A DNA stretch of 64,000 nucleotides from Candidatus Bathyarchaeota archaeon (GCA_963770935.1 CAVYRJ010000001.1:128001-192000); one strand, 5' to 3'. Positions 51,931 to 62,328 are shown, counted from the stretch's first letter. A program made the numbers and translations. The notes: a model not told the origin generated them from the sequence alone.

Positions 51931-52848
51931 TTGATTACTGCTTTAGCAGGCGGGGTTGGTGCAGCCAGATTCCTAACAGGTTTAACTCGACTTGTCAAAG
52001 AAGAAGACTTGACAGTTATCGCAAACACAGGCGATGACATCGAGTTGTTCGGCTTGCACATTTCACCTGACATTGACATTGTTGCTTACACGTTAGCAGG
52101 CATTGTGGATGAGGAGAGGGGCTGGGGAATCAGGGGCGACACGTTTCAATGTCTTGAAACACTAAAGAAACGTGGCTTAGATACATGGTTTAGCTTAGGC
52201 GATAGGGACTTGGCAACGCATATTTACCGAACGAACCGCTTAAAGCAAGGCTTCACACTCGCACAAATTACTTCCGAAGTCTGCCAAAGTTTAGGACTCA
52301 AAATCAAGATTTTACCCATGACCAATGATAAATTTGAAACCAGAATAACAACTGGCATTGGCTCAATGCATTTTGAGGAATACTTTGTCAGAAGAAAATG
52401 CAAAGACGAAATCTTAAGCGTGGAATTTGTCGGTGCCGTTACGGCGAAGCCTTCACCAGGGGTTTTGGATGCGATTTTAGATGCGGAATTGATTGTTGTT
52501 TGTCCAAGCAATCCAATAGTTAGCATTGGCACTATTTTGGCGGTTGAAGGTGTTAGGGATGCGTTGAGGCGGACAATCGCGAGAGTTATTGGAGTTAGTC
52601 CTATTGTTGCGGGTTTTCCTATTAAAGGTCCGGCAGATAAGATTTTGCGGGGTTTGGGCTTGGAAGTTTCTGCTTTTGGTGTAGCGCAGCTTTACGCGGA
52701 TTTCCTTGACACCTTTGTTATAGACAGCAAAGATTCTGCTGCAAAAAGCAAGATTGAACAGCTTGGAGTCAACGTGAAAGTTACCAACACAATTATGAAG
52801 AGTTTAGATGATAAAGTCTCGTTGGCGAGAGTCGTTTTAGAGAACTAA
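51931..52848 (+). CDS. cofD: 2-phospho-L-lactate transferase (F420 biosynthesis)
   Basis: LAGGVGAARFL, NTGDD, SPDID, LGDRDLATH, PSNPIVSI, KGPA. Confidence 0.95.
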   Translation: MITALAGGVGAARFLTGLTRLVKEEDLTVIANTGDDIELFGLHISPDIDIVAYTLAGIVDEERGWGIRGDTFQCLETLKKRGLDTWFSLGDRDLATHIYRTNRLKQGFTLAQITSEVCQSLGLKIKILPMTNDKFETRITTGIGSMHFEEYFVRRKCKDEILSVEFVGAVTAKPSPGVLDAILDAELIVVCPSNPIVSIGTILAVEGVRDALRRTIARVIGVSPIVAGFPIKGPADKILRGLGLEVSAFGVAQLYADFLDTFVIDSKDSAAKSKIEQLGVNVKVTNTIMKSLDDKVSLARVVLEN

Positions 52849-53181
52849 GAATACAATATAGAATACGTTGTTCTCTATAGATTATTTGGGGATTCTAAAT
52901 AGGGCAGCTATAAGATATTCAATGCAGGGAAAGTCGTGCAAACAAAGAAGCAAAAAAAGCAGAAGGAAAAACCTGAGACTGCATGTTACTTCAATCACGT
53001 GTAGATGAGAGTCTATTGAGGGCAAAATAATGAAGGAAAAGATGAGGAATAAAAAGCAGGCATTAGCCAAGAGGGCTGATCTTATAGATTGGCTTTTGGC
53101 TATAGATGCTAATGTGCGGTGAAAACAAAATTAAGAGAAGGGTTATATTTGCAAACTAGAATTATTGTCTATTAAACGGAG

Positions 53182-53859
53182 ATGCTGTTGGTGGAGAAAA
53201 AAAGTTACGATTGGTTTGAGCAACGTCGCAAAACAAGAGGCTTAGAACTCGCTCACGAACAAATAACAAAGGCTTTTGATACAGTAACTTGGCTGAATAA
53301 AGCAACCAAAAGCTTTGCTGAGAAGAATTTTAAGGAATCCCAAAAGTACATTGACAACCTATACAAAGCTGAAGAAGAAGTTGACACTCTTCGAACAGAC
53401 GTTTTCATGGAGCTATCGAAGGGAGCAGCTCTTGTTGCTGATTACCGCGAAGACCTTCTGCACCTTGTAAAGAGGCTTGATACATTAGCAGATCACACTA
53501 AAGATGCAGCTAGATGCCTTGAAATGCTTGGTGAAGCTGAGATTCCACAGGAACTGTCTCAGAAGACGGTTTATATGACTACCAAGTTAGTGGAGACAGC
53601 TCAAACCTTAAGAGGCGCCATTGAGAAAATCTCATCCAACCCCAATGAAGCTATAAAAGAAGCAAAAGCCGTCGGAGATATCGAACACGCAATCGACGTT
53701 GAATATCTCAAAGCTAAAAGCCTATTCGTCAAGTACGGTGTAAACATAAACTGTGGAGCCATGGTAATCTTTGATGACTTAATTGAGTTCATTGAGCAAG
53801 CCGCAGACATGTGCGCTGACACTGCAGACTATATCATAGTGCTTTCAAGCAGAGAATAA
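53182..53859 (+). CDS. DUF47 / PhoU-like phosphate transport regulator
   Basis: EEEVD, REDL..L...LD..AD, EH..D, E..AD...DTAD. Confidence 0.88.
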   Translation: MLLVEKKSYDWFEQRRKTRGLELAHEQITKAFDTVTWLNKATKSFAEKNFKESQKYIDNLYKAEEEVDTLRTDVFMELSKGAALVADYREDLLHLVKRLDTLADHTKDAARCLEMLGEAEIPQELSQKTVYMTTKLVETAQTLRGAIEKISSNPNEAIKEAKAVGDIEHAIDVEYLKAKSLFVKYGVNINCGAMVIFDDLIEFIEQAADMCADTADYIIVLSSRE

Positions 53860-53972
53860 ATGTACCATTCTTTTCCATTTTATTATTTTTTTAAATATAG
53901 AGCAAAGAAAAAATTCTAGCTTACTTATTTAAGGAAAAGTTGATTTGAACGCTTACTCTTTGCAGATAGTGT

Positions 53973-54605
53973 ATGTTAGAATACTTGGTATTGGTTGCCG
54001 CCGTTGCGTCATTGCTTGCTGCCTTTATTTACATACGTTCCATGTTCAAGGGTCAAACCAAGCCAAACAGGGTTACCTGGTTTATGTGGTCGGTTGCTCC
54101 TTTCATAGCGACTTCCGCAGCGCTATCCAATGGTATAGGCTGGGCAGTCATACCCGTTTTCATGTCTGGGGTCTCCCCGTTTCTGATATTTACAGCTTCA
54201 TTTTTCAACAAGAGAGCATACTGGAAAACATCAGTAGTTGATTACCTCTGTGGAGTACTATCAGGTCTAGCCGTTGCCCTTTGGTTTGTAACCAATAATC
54301 CCAATTTAGCAATCACCTTTGCGATAGTGAGCGACGCACTCGCCGCAATACCAACTTTAACTAAGGTATGGCATAATCCAGAGACCGAATCTGCTTGGCC
54401 CTTCATTGTAGGTGTATTTAGTCCATTGACGAGTTTTTTGGTAGCCACAACTTGGGGCTTTTCCGAGTTGGCTTTTCCCATCTACCTGATAGTAATAAAT
54501 ACCGTGCTTGTTTTTTCAGTGTTAAAGAGAAATTTAGCGAACATTGAAGGAAACGGAAGATTAGCGGTCCGCGGGCATTCGACAACCCTGAGGCGATTTT
54601 TATGA
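53973..54605 (+). CDS. Multi-pass membrane hypothetical protein
   Basis: YIR..KG.TKPNRVTWF.W and D.LA.IPT..K..P.TE (PQ-loop-like duplication); 6-7 TM segments. Confidence 0.7.
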   Translation: MLEYLVLVAAVASLLAAFIYIRSMFKGQTKPNRVTWFMWSVAPFIATSAALSNGIGWAVIPVFMSGVSPFLIFTASFFNKRAYWKTSVVDYLCGVLSGLAVALWFVTNNPNLAITFAIVSDALAAIPTLTKVWHNPETESAWPFIVGVFSPLTSFLVATTWGFSELAFPIYLIVINTVLVFSVLKRNLANIEGNGRLAVRGHSTTLRRFL

Positions 54606-54829
54606 AGCTCACTGGATTGGGCTTGGCGATTCCTGAAAAGTCTTCTGTGGAAAATGCAGCTAATAAAGTTACTGAACAGCCCACAACAACAACGCAGATG
54701 CCAAGGCTGAAAGATGCAGAAGTTGAAGATTTGCCGACCGGTAATGATGCGATTGGGTTCTTATGGGCTGCTCTTCGAATTCTCAAAGAGCCAGAAGTCT
54801 GCAAAGACGAAGCAAAGAAGTTGTGTTGA
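54580..54829 (+). pseudogene. Fragment of a small hypothetical (possibly DNA-binding) protein
   Basis: PEAIFMKLTGLGL...TTTT...DLPTGNDAI..LWAAL looks like coding sequence lacking its N-terminus; family uncertain. Confidence 0.3.
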
Positions 54830-54994
54830 AAATTGCGCTTGGCAGACTAATAGGTACAGGATCCTTGCGCGAGAATTTTTTTCGATCTACAGTCACAGGT
54901 TTAGTCTAAGGTAATTTCATTATCAATAATTAGAAGAAAATTGAAAAGTTTAACAGTGCACTTGTGCTTTAACTGTTAAAAGGCATGAGTTATC

Positions 54995-55504
54995 TTGCAA
55001 TATGAAAATGTCATATTTCCTGATTCAGCAGGTTTTCAATGTAAGAACTGCGGTGTTTGTTGCAGAAACCAGCCGCCAGACATCAACTTGAAAGAACAAC
55101 ATAGGATAGAAGCCAAAGGATTCATGAATTTTTTGGAGGACTCCAATGATCCAAATAACAGAAACATCCGCAGAAACAAAGATGGAAGCTGCTTTTTCTT
55201 AACCGACGAAAACAAATGCAAGATTCACGCTGTCAAACCAGTAATATGCATTTTAGAACCATTCATTATAACAGACTTTGATTACAGGACAAATAGGATT
55301 TTTCTCAGCTTAAATCCGCTTGCAACAATAAATTGCAAAGGCATTTCTGGCGGAGACATTATCGCTCTGAAAGAAACAGTAAACGCGGCACAAACCATCG
55401 TTAAAGAGTTTTCAGAAATAATTGCAAAGAAAATAGGTCTTCCAGTTACTGACAAGAAAGTTGACTCTATAACAAAGAGACTATTTAGAGATTTCAATTT
55501 CTGA
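54995..55504 (+). CDS. YkgJ-family cysteine cluster protein
   Basis: FQCKNCGVCC, GSCFFL, CKIHAVKPVIC..PF, C.GI. Confidence 0.9.
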   Translation: MQYENVIFPDSAGFQCKNCGVCCRNQPPDINLKEQHRIEAKGFMNFLEDSNDPNNRNIRRNKDGSCFFLTDENKCKIHAVKPVICILEPFIITDFDYRTNRIFLSLNPLATINCKGISGGDIIALKETVNAAQTIVKEFSEIIAKKIGLPVTDKKVDSITKRLFRDFNF

Positions 55505-56388
55505 CAAGGTAGCGGCAACAAAGTTTTTTAGAAAAAGAAGGCCGCTTTAGCTAAAAGGGGAAACCAAACCGATAGCTTTTCTGTTTAATAAAAGAATACA
55601 AAAATTTCATTTATCAATTCCAAGTTCTAGCATCTATATGAGTTTTGATGAACCATTTGAAATGCTGAGCAAACATCGCGAAAAAGTCAGTTTCAAAAAA
55701 TCATATGCCTCTTGATATGTCGGACTGCTCTTACATCAGATAGGTGGCGGGTGTCTAAGTCTAGGAACTTACTAATATGTTATTTTTTTTTATAAGTTTA
55801 TGCACAGGTTTGAAGCTTAGAAGGCAACACGGATAAGGAGCGCAGGATAGTCTAATAGTAAAGGAGGGCAATCAAAATAAAAACAAAAGCGAAAAACAAA
55901 CCGAAAGATCAGAAAAAAATAAATCAAACAAAAAACAAAGGAAAAAAGGAATGGAAACAGAGATAAAAAGCAGATAAAATCAAAAACAAGCTTTAACCAT
56001 TTGCTTATGAACATTTCTTGCTCTATTGTCTAGCAGATATTTCATTAAGAAATACTTAATGTCGTTAACGCGTTTATTTTTATTTTCGTTTTTTAGTTTT
56101 TTTCTTTGTGTGGGTGTGGCGTCCTAAAATTGCACACCACACTCGAGGCTTTAGAAACGTTTGCTTTCCCGGTTAGGTTGCTTCCATTTGTATTTTGAGT
56201 TTACAAAGAGGATTTGTTCAACACATTCAACATGGAATTTATGTTGAACAGTGTGAATGTGAGTGTGCAAGCATGTTAACAACTCCATTCCTATGTCTTA
56301 AATGGGAATTGTTCCTAAAAAATCCGAAAATATTAGTCCCAACTTATGGCAGTGTCATCCGCTGCAGGGTTAAAGCAAAAAGCACTAA

Positions 56389-57195
56389 ATGAGCGAATCG
56401 GTGTTGCTGCTCTTAAAAGGTTGGCGGGCCCGCTGGGATTTGAACCCAGGACCTCCGGCTCCGCAGGCCGGTGTCATAATCCGTACTAGACGACGAGCCC
56501 CCAGCACTGGATTATGCTACAAATACGAAACAGAGATAATAAAAACGTTGCTTACGATGCGGAGCAACGGATTGAAAGAAGGCACACTTAGAGCAGTCAA
56601 CTATCAGCTAAAATACTTAGACAGAAATGCAGACCTAAAGAACCGTGATGAAGTGAAAGTGTTTATAGCATCGATGAAGCAAGCAAACAGCTACAAGCAA
56701 TGTGTGGTTAAAGCATACAATTATTTTGCAGACACAAATGGAATTAATCGCATAGAAACTCATTTCAAATACCAAAGAAAAATTCCATTGATACCTTCTA
56801 GCGAGAATGTAAATAAAATAATTTCAGCATCAAGCAAAAAATACGAAACCATATTTAGAATATTAGACGAAACCGGTTTAGAAGAACAAGAACTAAGAAA
56901 CGTCACACGAAACGACATAGACACCGAAAAAGGGATAATAAACGCTCAAGGATGCAAAAACCACAAATCACGCTCATTCAAACTAAAACCAGAAACTGCA
57001 GAAATGCTAAGACCTTACCTGTTCAAGTATTCAGATTTTCGACCATTTCCAGAAACGCACTACATGAGCGAAATATGGGCGAGAACAAGAAACAAGTTAG
57101 CAGATAAACTGCAACAACCAGAACTCAAGAAAATACCGCTGAGAAATCTTAGACACAAATTCGCAACACTTACCTACGATAAAACTAAAGATTAG
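56389..57195 (+). mobile_element. Tyrosine integrase remnant overlapping tRNA-Arg; C-terminus with catalytic His/Tyr missing
   Basis: ETGL..EL, K..K.R, LRNLRHKFAT..Y.KTKD then stop; frame reads through the antisense tRNA (WRARWDLNPGPPAPQAG). Confidence 0.85.
56422..56500 (-). tRNA. tRNA-Arg (anticodon GCG), intronless, CCA encoded
   Basis: Reverse complement reads GGGCTCG TC GTCTAGTACGGATTATGAC A CCGGC CTGCGGA GCCGG AGGTC CTGGG TTCAAAT CCCAG CGGGCCC G CCA; the cloverleaf stems pair. Confidence 0.95.
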
Positions 57196-58328
57196 CCTAC
57201 AGTATCAAACCAGGAGAAGAAGGACGTATAGTATGGATTCAAAATCGAACATCTATGTTTGACGTAGCACAGGGACCACAAATATACAAAGACGGAATCT
57301 ATTGGAAAGGCGACCAAGCAACATTAAAATGGTCATACTACGATGCTACAACAGGCAATTACTTGGGTGATACTGAACCAATCGATAATGGCTTAGCCAT
57401 CTATTCAATGTCAGGACGATCCGTTCTAGCCTACAACAACCTCTACAGCACAGGCTACGACGGGTATGTACGTGCGTGGAATCAAACAGGAGACAACATA
57501 TGGCAATGGTACGCTGGAAGCGCTGGATACGATACACCATATGGTTCATGGCCACTGCAGGGATCATACACTGGCCCAAAGGCAGCTGATGGAAAGATTT
57601 TCGTTGCAAACGGCGAACACACCCCAATGAACGAGTTATGACGAGGCGGCAGACTTTACGCAATAAATGCAACAACAGGAGAAGAAGTCTGGAGCATATC
57701 AGGAACACAGGCTGAAGCTTCTCCAATGGGAGTAGCTTGGGGCACTCTAGTTTACCTCAACGGATACGATGGAAAAGTGTATTGTTTTGGAAAAGGACAA
57801 AGCAGCACTACAGTTTCAGCGCCTCAAACAGCCGTAACACTCGGGCAGCAAATAGTGATAACTGGAACAGTTATGGATCAATCGCCAAATCAAGAAAACA
57901 CTCCAGCCATATCAGATGAGAGCATGAGTGCTTGGATGGAATACCTACACATTTAACAACCGATTCCCACTAATGCCACAGGAGTTGAAGTAACACTAGA
58001 TGTGATCGATTCCAACGGAAACTTCAGAAACATTGGAAAAGTTACATCCGACATTACAGGTTCTTATGGCTATACATGGCAGCCTGATATTGCGGGGCAG
58101 TATCAGCTCATCGCTACGTTCGCTGGATCAGAATCTTACGGTAGTTCGCGTGCACAGACCTATTTCTCTGCAGTCGATGTCCCGCAGGCGACACCTACTT
58201 CTCAGCCAGTGCAAGTTGATATGGCTACTCAAGCTGACCTAATGCTCTATGTCGGCGCTTCTACAATCGCTATAGTTTTAGCAATAGCTGTGACCGGAAT
58301 GCTAATGATCAGAAAAAGAACTAATTAG
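57195..58328 (+). pseudogene. 3' part of a PQQ-like beta-propeller surface protein with C-terminal TM; 5'-deleted, two nonsense codons
   Basis: Three ORFs in one frame; EL*RGGRLYAINATTGEEVW (TGA) and EYLHI*QPIP (TAA); YDGKVYCFGKG; TM plus RKR tail. Confidence 0.85.
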
Positions 58329-58693
58329 CAATTAACCGTTCCCTCCTTTTTTTATTTAAACTTACAACATATTCGATAGGCGTTGACATTTCCATTATCG
58401 CCAAATCGGGTATTTTGCTCAAGCACTTATTCACGAAAGTCCGATCAAAAGTAATCAATCGAATTTTCCTCCACACATGGGGCATTGTTTCTTTATTGTG
58501 TTTGAAGGTGTTGGAAGTTGGAAATTAATAATCCTGCTAAGTAAGAAGCGCCTAATTAGTGAATTAGAATAGGGCTTTTATAATCATTAAATAAATTATA
58601 TTGAGAACTGAATTTGCCAATTTACTACACTTGCAGAAAATGCAGAAAAGACTATTCAAAAGAAGAATATTCGCATGACAAATTCTGCAAGGA

Positions 58694-59848
58694 ATGCGGT
58701 TCATTCCTTCTGTTGTACATTCAAGAAAGAGCAGAAGCAAGCAGCAGTTCAAACTAACTCAAACTGCTCCTCCTGAAAGGTTTGCGCTACAAAGAGCGGC
58801 TGAAAGCCTTCGAAGTAGGGTAGGGCGCTCAAGAGATTATGAGGTAGTGCCTGATGCAGAAAAGGAGCAGTCAAAGGGACCTTCGTTTGAGAGTTGGATG
58901 TGGAACTCCGAATTTGATGAAGCATTAAAACTCAAAAGGGTTGTCATGAAAAAATACAAGGGCAAAGACTTGGAAGATGTCATTCCGGGTAAAGTGGTTT
59001 CAAACGAGCAGGGGGAATGCTATGCTGTTTCTGCTTCCTGCACTTCAAACTTCAAGAAAGCCACCTATGAAGATAGTAGACGGATAATAATTTCTGACCT
59101 CAAAGTTCTTTCTGGAATAGGACCTGTTCGAGAGTTGGCACTTCGGGAGCAGGGTTATAACACGATTGAAGACCTTTTGAATCATCCGATTTGGCAAGAT
59201 GAAGCTCGCAAATTCATGAAAATCGTGGACAAGAAAGATGTTGATTTAACCCAGAGGTGGCTTTGGCAACGACTGCCTAAATCCCATCCTTTTCTTCACT
59301 ATTTGGCTGGGTTTTGTCAGGATCAAGATTTTGCGATAATAGACATTGAGACTTTGGGGCTTTCTGAAAGACCCATAATTCTGTTGGGTATTGCTAAAAT
59401 AGATGGAGATAGAATCTGCACAAGCCAGTTTCTTCTCAGGGATATTCCCGATGAGCCTGGAGCTATCTGGGCGCTCGTCTCACAACTTGAACCTAAATCG
59501 TCACTGATAAGTTACAATGGTAGAAGCTTCGATATTCCATACATAAAACAGAGGCTTGCATACTACGGTTTAGATTCAGCTCTGGACAATACCCATTTTG
59601 ACCTCCTTCATTTCGCCAGAAGAGCACTGCGACCCAAGCTTTCGGATTGCAGGCTTGACACGGTTGAAAAATACATCGGCATAAGAAGAGACATCAACAT
59701 TCCAGGCGCGTTAGTTCCCCAATTCTACGAAACCTACCTAAAAACCAAAAACGTCGGACCACTGGTTCCCATAGTTGAACACAACAAACAAGACTTGCTA
59801 ACACTCGGTAGCTTATTCTCCAAACTCTATGAGGAATGGAACCTTTGA
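58694..59848 (+). CDS. YprB/MrfB-like DEDD exonuclease (RNase H-like) with an HhH motif; start uncertain
   Basis: GIGPVRE..L..QGYNTIEDL, DIETLG, YNGRSFDIPYI, HFDLL, HNKQDL. Confidence 0.88.
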   Translation: MRFIPSVVHSRKSRSKQQFKLTQTAPPERFALQRAAESLRSRVGRSRDYEVVPDAEKEQSKGPSFESWMWNSEFDEALKLKRVVMKKYKGKDLEDVIPGKVVSNEQGECYAVSASCTSNFKKATYEDSRRIIISDLKVLSGIGPVRELALREQGYNTIEDLLNHPIWQDEARKFMKIVDKKDVDLTQRWLWQRLPKSHPFLHYLAGFCQDQDFAIIDIETLGLSERPIILLGIAKIDGDRICTSQFLLRDIPDEPGAIWALVSQLEPKSSLISYNGRSFDIPYIKQRLAYYGLDSALDNTHFDLLHFARRALRPKLSDCRLDTVEKYIGIRRDINIPGALVPQFYETYLKTKNVGPLVPIVEHNKQDLLTLGSLFSKLYEEWNL

Positions 59849-62097
59849 TCGACGACTTCATCAAGAACATTAAGCAGATGCAGTCCTACAAGAAACAAAT
59901 CGTCCATGTCCAAAAAATTGCTGCTCAAAAAGCAAGCTTTGGCGAATTGGAAAAACCGCTCCCAGAAAACATCCATAACTGCCTACTTAATCGCGAAATC
60001 TCTTTCTACTCGCATCAAGCTGAGGCAATAAACAAAGCACGGCAAGGCAAGAACGTAGTCATAGTTACACCAACTGCATCAGGGAAAACCTTAGCCTTCA
60101 ACATCCCAGTCCTTGAAGCTCTAACAGAAGACCCGAAAGCAACTGCACTATACCTCTACCCCACAAAAGCGCTAACAAACGACCAGCTAAAAGTGCTAAA
60201 AGAATTGGAGAAAGAAATAGGAATCAAAGTATCCCCAAACATCTACGACGGGGACACTCCGCAAAGTCAAAGAGCAAGCATCCGCGAAAACTCAAAAATC
60301 ATTCTAACCAATCCTTATGGTCTGCATCAGTATTTGCCTTGGCATTATAAATGGCGGACTTTTCTGCAAAACCTAAAATTCATAGTAATAGATGAAGCAC
60401 ACGTTTACCGAGGAGTCTTCGGCTCCAACGTAGCCATGCTCCTCAGACGGCTAATGAGAATATGCAGCTATTACCATGCAGAACCCCAAATCATACTCTC
60501 ATCAGCAACTATTGCCAATCCAGAGGAACATGCCAAGAAATTAACTGGAAAAGACTTTGAAATTATCTCCAAAGACGGTGCACCGAAAGGAAAAAAGACA
60601 TTCATGTTTTGGAACCCACCATTCATCGATGACAACAATACAATTCGCCGATCCACCCACCAAGAAACCAAAGACCTCTTAACTCTTAGCATTCTGAAAA
60701 ACCTTCAAACTCTATGCTTCACCACATCAAGGCAAATGGCTGAACTCATAACAAGATGGACCAAAGAAGAACTTAGAAAGAGGTCACCAAAACTTCAAAA
60801 CGCAATTACTGCATATAGGGCAGGCTATCTCCCACAAGAGAGAAGACAAATTGAAAACCGACTAAAATACAAAGAATTAATCGGAGTTGTCTCAACCAAT
60901 GCTCTTGAACTTGGAATCGACATAGGCTCCTTGGATTCAGTGATAATCTCTGGCTATCCAGGAACAGTCATATCCACTTGGCAACAAGCTGGACGTGCAG
61001 GCAGAACCGAAGCAGATTCACTGGTTACTCTTGTTGCTTTTCAAAACCCACTTGACCAATACTTCATGAAACATCCAGAAGACTTCTTCGGACGACCGCA
61101 TGAACAAGCTATAATCGATCTGCATAACCAGTACATCTCTCTTGGGCACATAATGTGCGCTGCCAGCGAACTCCCAATAACTGAAGATGACAAAAGATTC
61201 TTCCCAGAACTCTTTTCAGAAAGCATCCAAGCATTGGAAGAGCAGCATCTTGTCAGAAAAACACCCAGAGGATATGTCTACTCAGGAACCGCAAGACCCG
61301 TTGAAGTTGTCAGCCTTGAGAGCATATCCGACAAAACTGTAACTGTCCTTGCCAATGGTAGCGTACTTGAAACGTTAACGCTAAACAAGGCCTATGAAGA
61401 AGTGCATGCGGGCGCAGTTTTGCTGCATCAGGGAGAAACCTTCATTTCCGAAGAACTCAACCTCGAAGATTTAACAGCAAAGGTCAGGCAGGAAGACGTT
61501 AACTACTACACAGAAGCACTGAAAACAGTCGATGTAGCCATAAAGAAGACCTTCGAAGAAAAACAAGACAAGGTCAAGATCGGTCTGGGAGAATTAACCA
61601 TAACCGAAAACTACCACCAATATATCACAAAAACCTACGATGAAATAATCAAGCGACAACCACTCGATTTGCCCCCGTTAACGTTCACAACGGTCGGCAT
61701 GTGGTTCTTGATTCCAGACAAACTCAGAGAAGAACTCGACGCCCAAAACCTCGATTTCGACGGCGGACTTCATGCGGTTGAACATGCGATGATAGCTATG
61801 TCGCCGATATTTGCCATGTGCGACAGATGGGACATAGGCGGATTATCAACGCCCCTTCACCCAGACACCGGAGAACCAACAATCTTTATCTATGATGGGT
61901 TTGAAGGAGGAATCGGAATATCAGAGAACCTCTACTCAAACATTAAACCACTCTGGGAAAAGACTTTGAAATTGATTGAAAATTGCGAATGCAAAGACGG
62001 ATGCCCCTCATGCATTTACTCACCAAAATGCGGCAACGAAAACGAACCACTAGATAAAAAAGCTGCAACTATCATCCTAAGACACTTAACAAGCTGA
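59836..62097 (+). CDS. DEAH helicase with DUF1998 (Hrq/YprA/MrfA family)
   Basis: TPTASGKT, DEAH, SAT, ALELGIDIG, QQAGRAGR, HAVEHA, MCD...IYD...GG.G, CECKDGCPSC. Confidence 0.94.
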   Translation: MEPLIDDFIKNIKQMQSYKKQIVHVQKIAAQKASFGELEKPLPENIHNCLLNREISFYSHQAEAINKARQGKNVVIVTPTASGKTLAFNIPVLEALTEDPKATALYLYPTKALTNDQLKVLKELEKEIGIKVSPNIYDGDTPQSQRASIRENSKIILTNPYGLHQYLPWHYKWRTFLQNLKFIVIDEAHVYRGVFGSNVAMLLRRLMRICSYYHAEPQIILSSATIANPEEHAKKLTGKDFEIISKDGAPKGKKTFMFWNPPFIDDNNTIRRSTHQETKDLLTLSILKNLQTLCFTTSRQMAELITRWTKEELRKRSPKLQNAITAYRAGYLPQERRQIENRLKYKELIGVVSTNALELGIDIGSLDSVIISGYPGTVISTWQQAGRAGRTEADSLVTLVAFQNPLDQYFMKHPEDFFGRPHEQAIIDLHNQYISLGHIMCAASELPITEDDKRFFPELFSESIQALEEQHLVRKTPRGYVYSGTARPVEVVSLESISDKTVTVLANGSVLETLTLNKAYEEVHAGAVLLHQGETFISEELNLEDLTAKVRQEDVNYYTEALKTVDVAIKKTFEEKQDKVKIGLGELTITENYHQYITKTYDEIIKRQPLDLPPLTFTTVGMWFLIPDKLREELDAQNLDFDGGLHAVEHAMIAMSPIFAMCDRWDIGGLSTPLHPDTGEPTIFIYDGFEGGIGISENLYSNIKPLWEKTLKLIENCECKDGCPSCIYSPKCGNENEPLDKKAATIILRHLTS

Positions 62098-62130
62098 CTT
62101 TCATTTACGCTAAAGCAACAAAAAAGAGGG

Positions 62131-62328
62131 CTATCTCAACCTGAAACGATTTTTCCACTTAGCATAAGAGGTGTCAAAGAGGTTTTTCCAGGGTTTGCGT
62201 TGAGTGATTTTGCAGTTCTGCAGGGTTCGTCTGTTTTGCCTTTGGCATCGTTGTTGTGTGTGAAAGCGCAGCTTCCTCCTCAACTCGGCGGATTGCAGAG
62301 CAGTATTATTTTTATCGATTGGGGATAA
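62131..62328 (+). pseudogene. N-terminal fragment of a RadA/RecA-like protein with degenerate P-loop; absent from the ORF track
   Basis: PLSIRGVKEVFPGFALSDFAVLQGSSVLPLASLLCVKAQLPPQLGGLQSSIIFIDWG*; CV.AQLP...GGL....FID matches RadA/Rad51. Confidence 0.65.

Noticed and set aside
52882-53070. Hydrophobic 62-aa minus-strand ORF
   Set aside because: No motif or clear start signals; cannot be told from A-rich intergenic DNA.
55636-55668. TGATGA...CTGA as a C/D box sRNA
   Set aside because: Only one box pair; no second guide and box set at the proper spacing.
55817-56014. Phe-rich 65-aa minus-strand ORF as a membrane peptide
   Set aside because: By-product of the A-rich tract.
57639-57956. In-frame TGA and TAA as possible recoding (Sec or Trp readthrough)
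   Set aside because: Two different stop types in a 5'-deleted gene, each one substitution from TGG or CAA; TGA ends normal genes elsewhere in the window.
3193-61226. Numerous antisense and alternate-frame ORFs overlapping well-supported genes
   Set aside because: Shadow ORFs of recognised genes with no independent motifs.
62095-62130. Readthrough fusion of helicase and RadA-like fragment
   Set aside because: The helicase ends at the usual family C-terminus; a shared frame has a one-in-three chance; the fragment has its own GAGGG.
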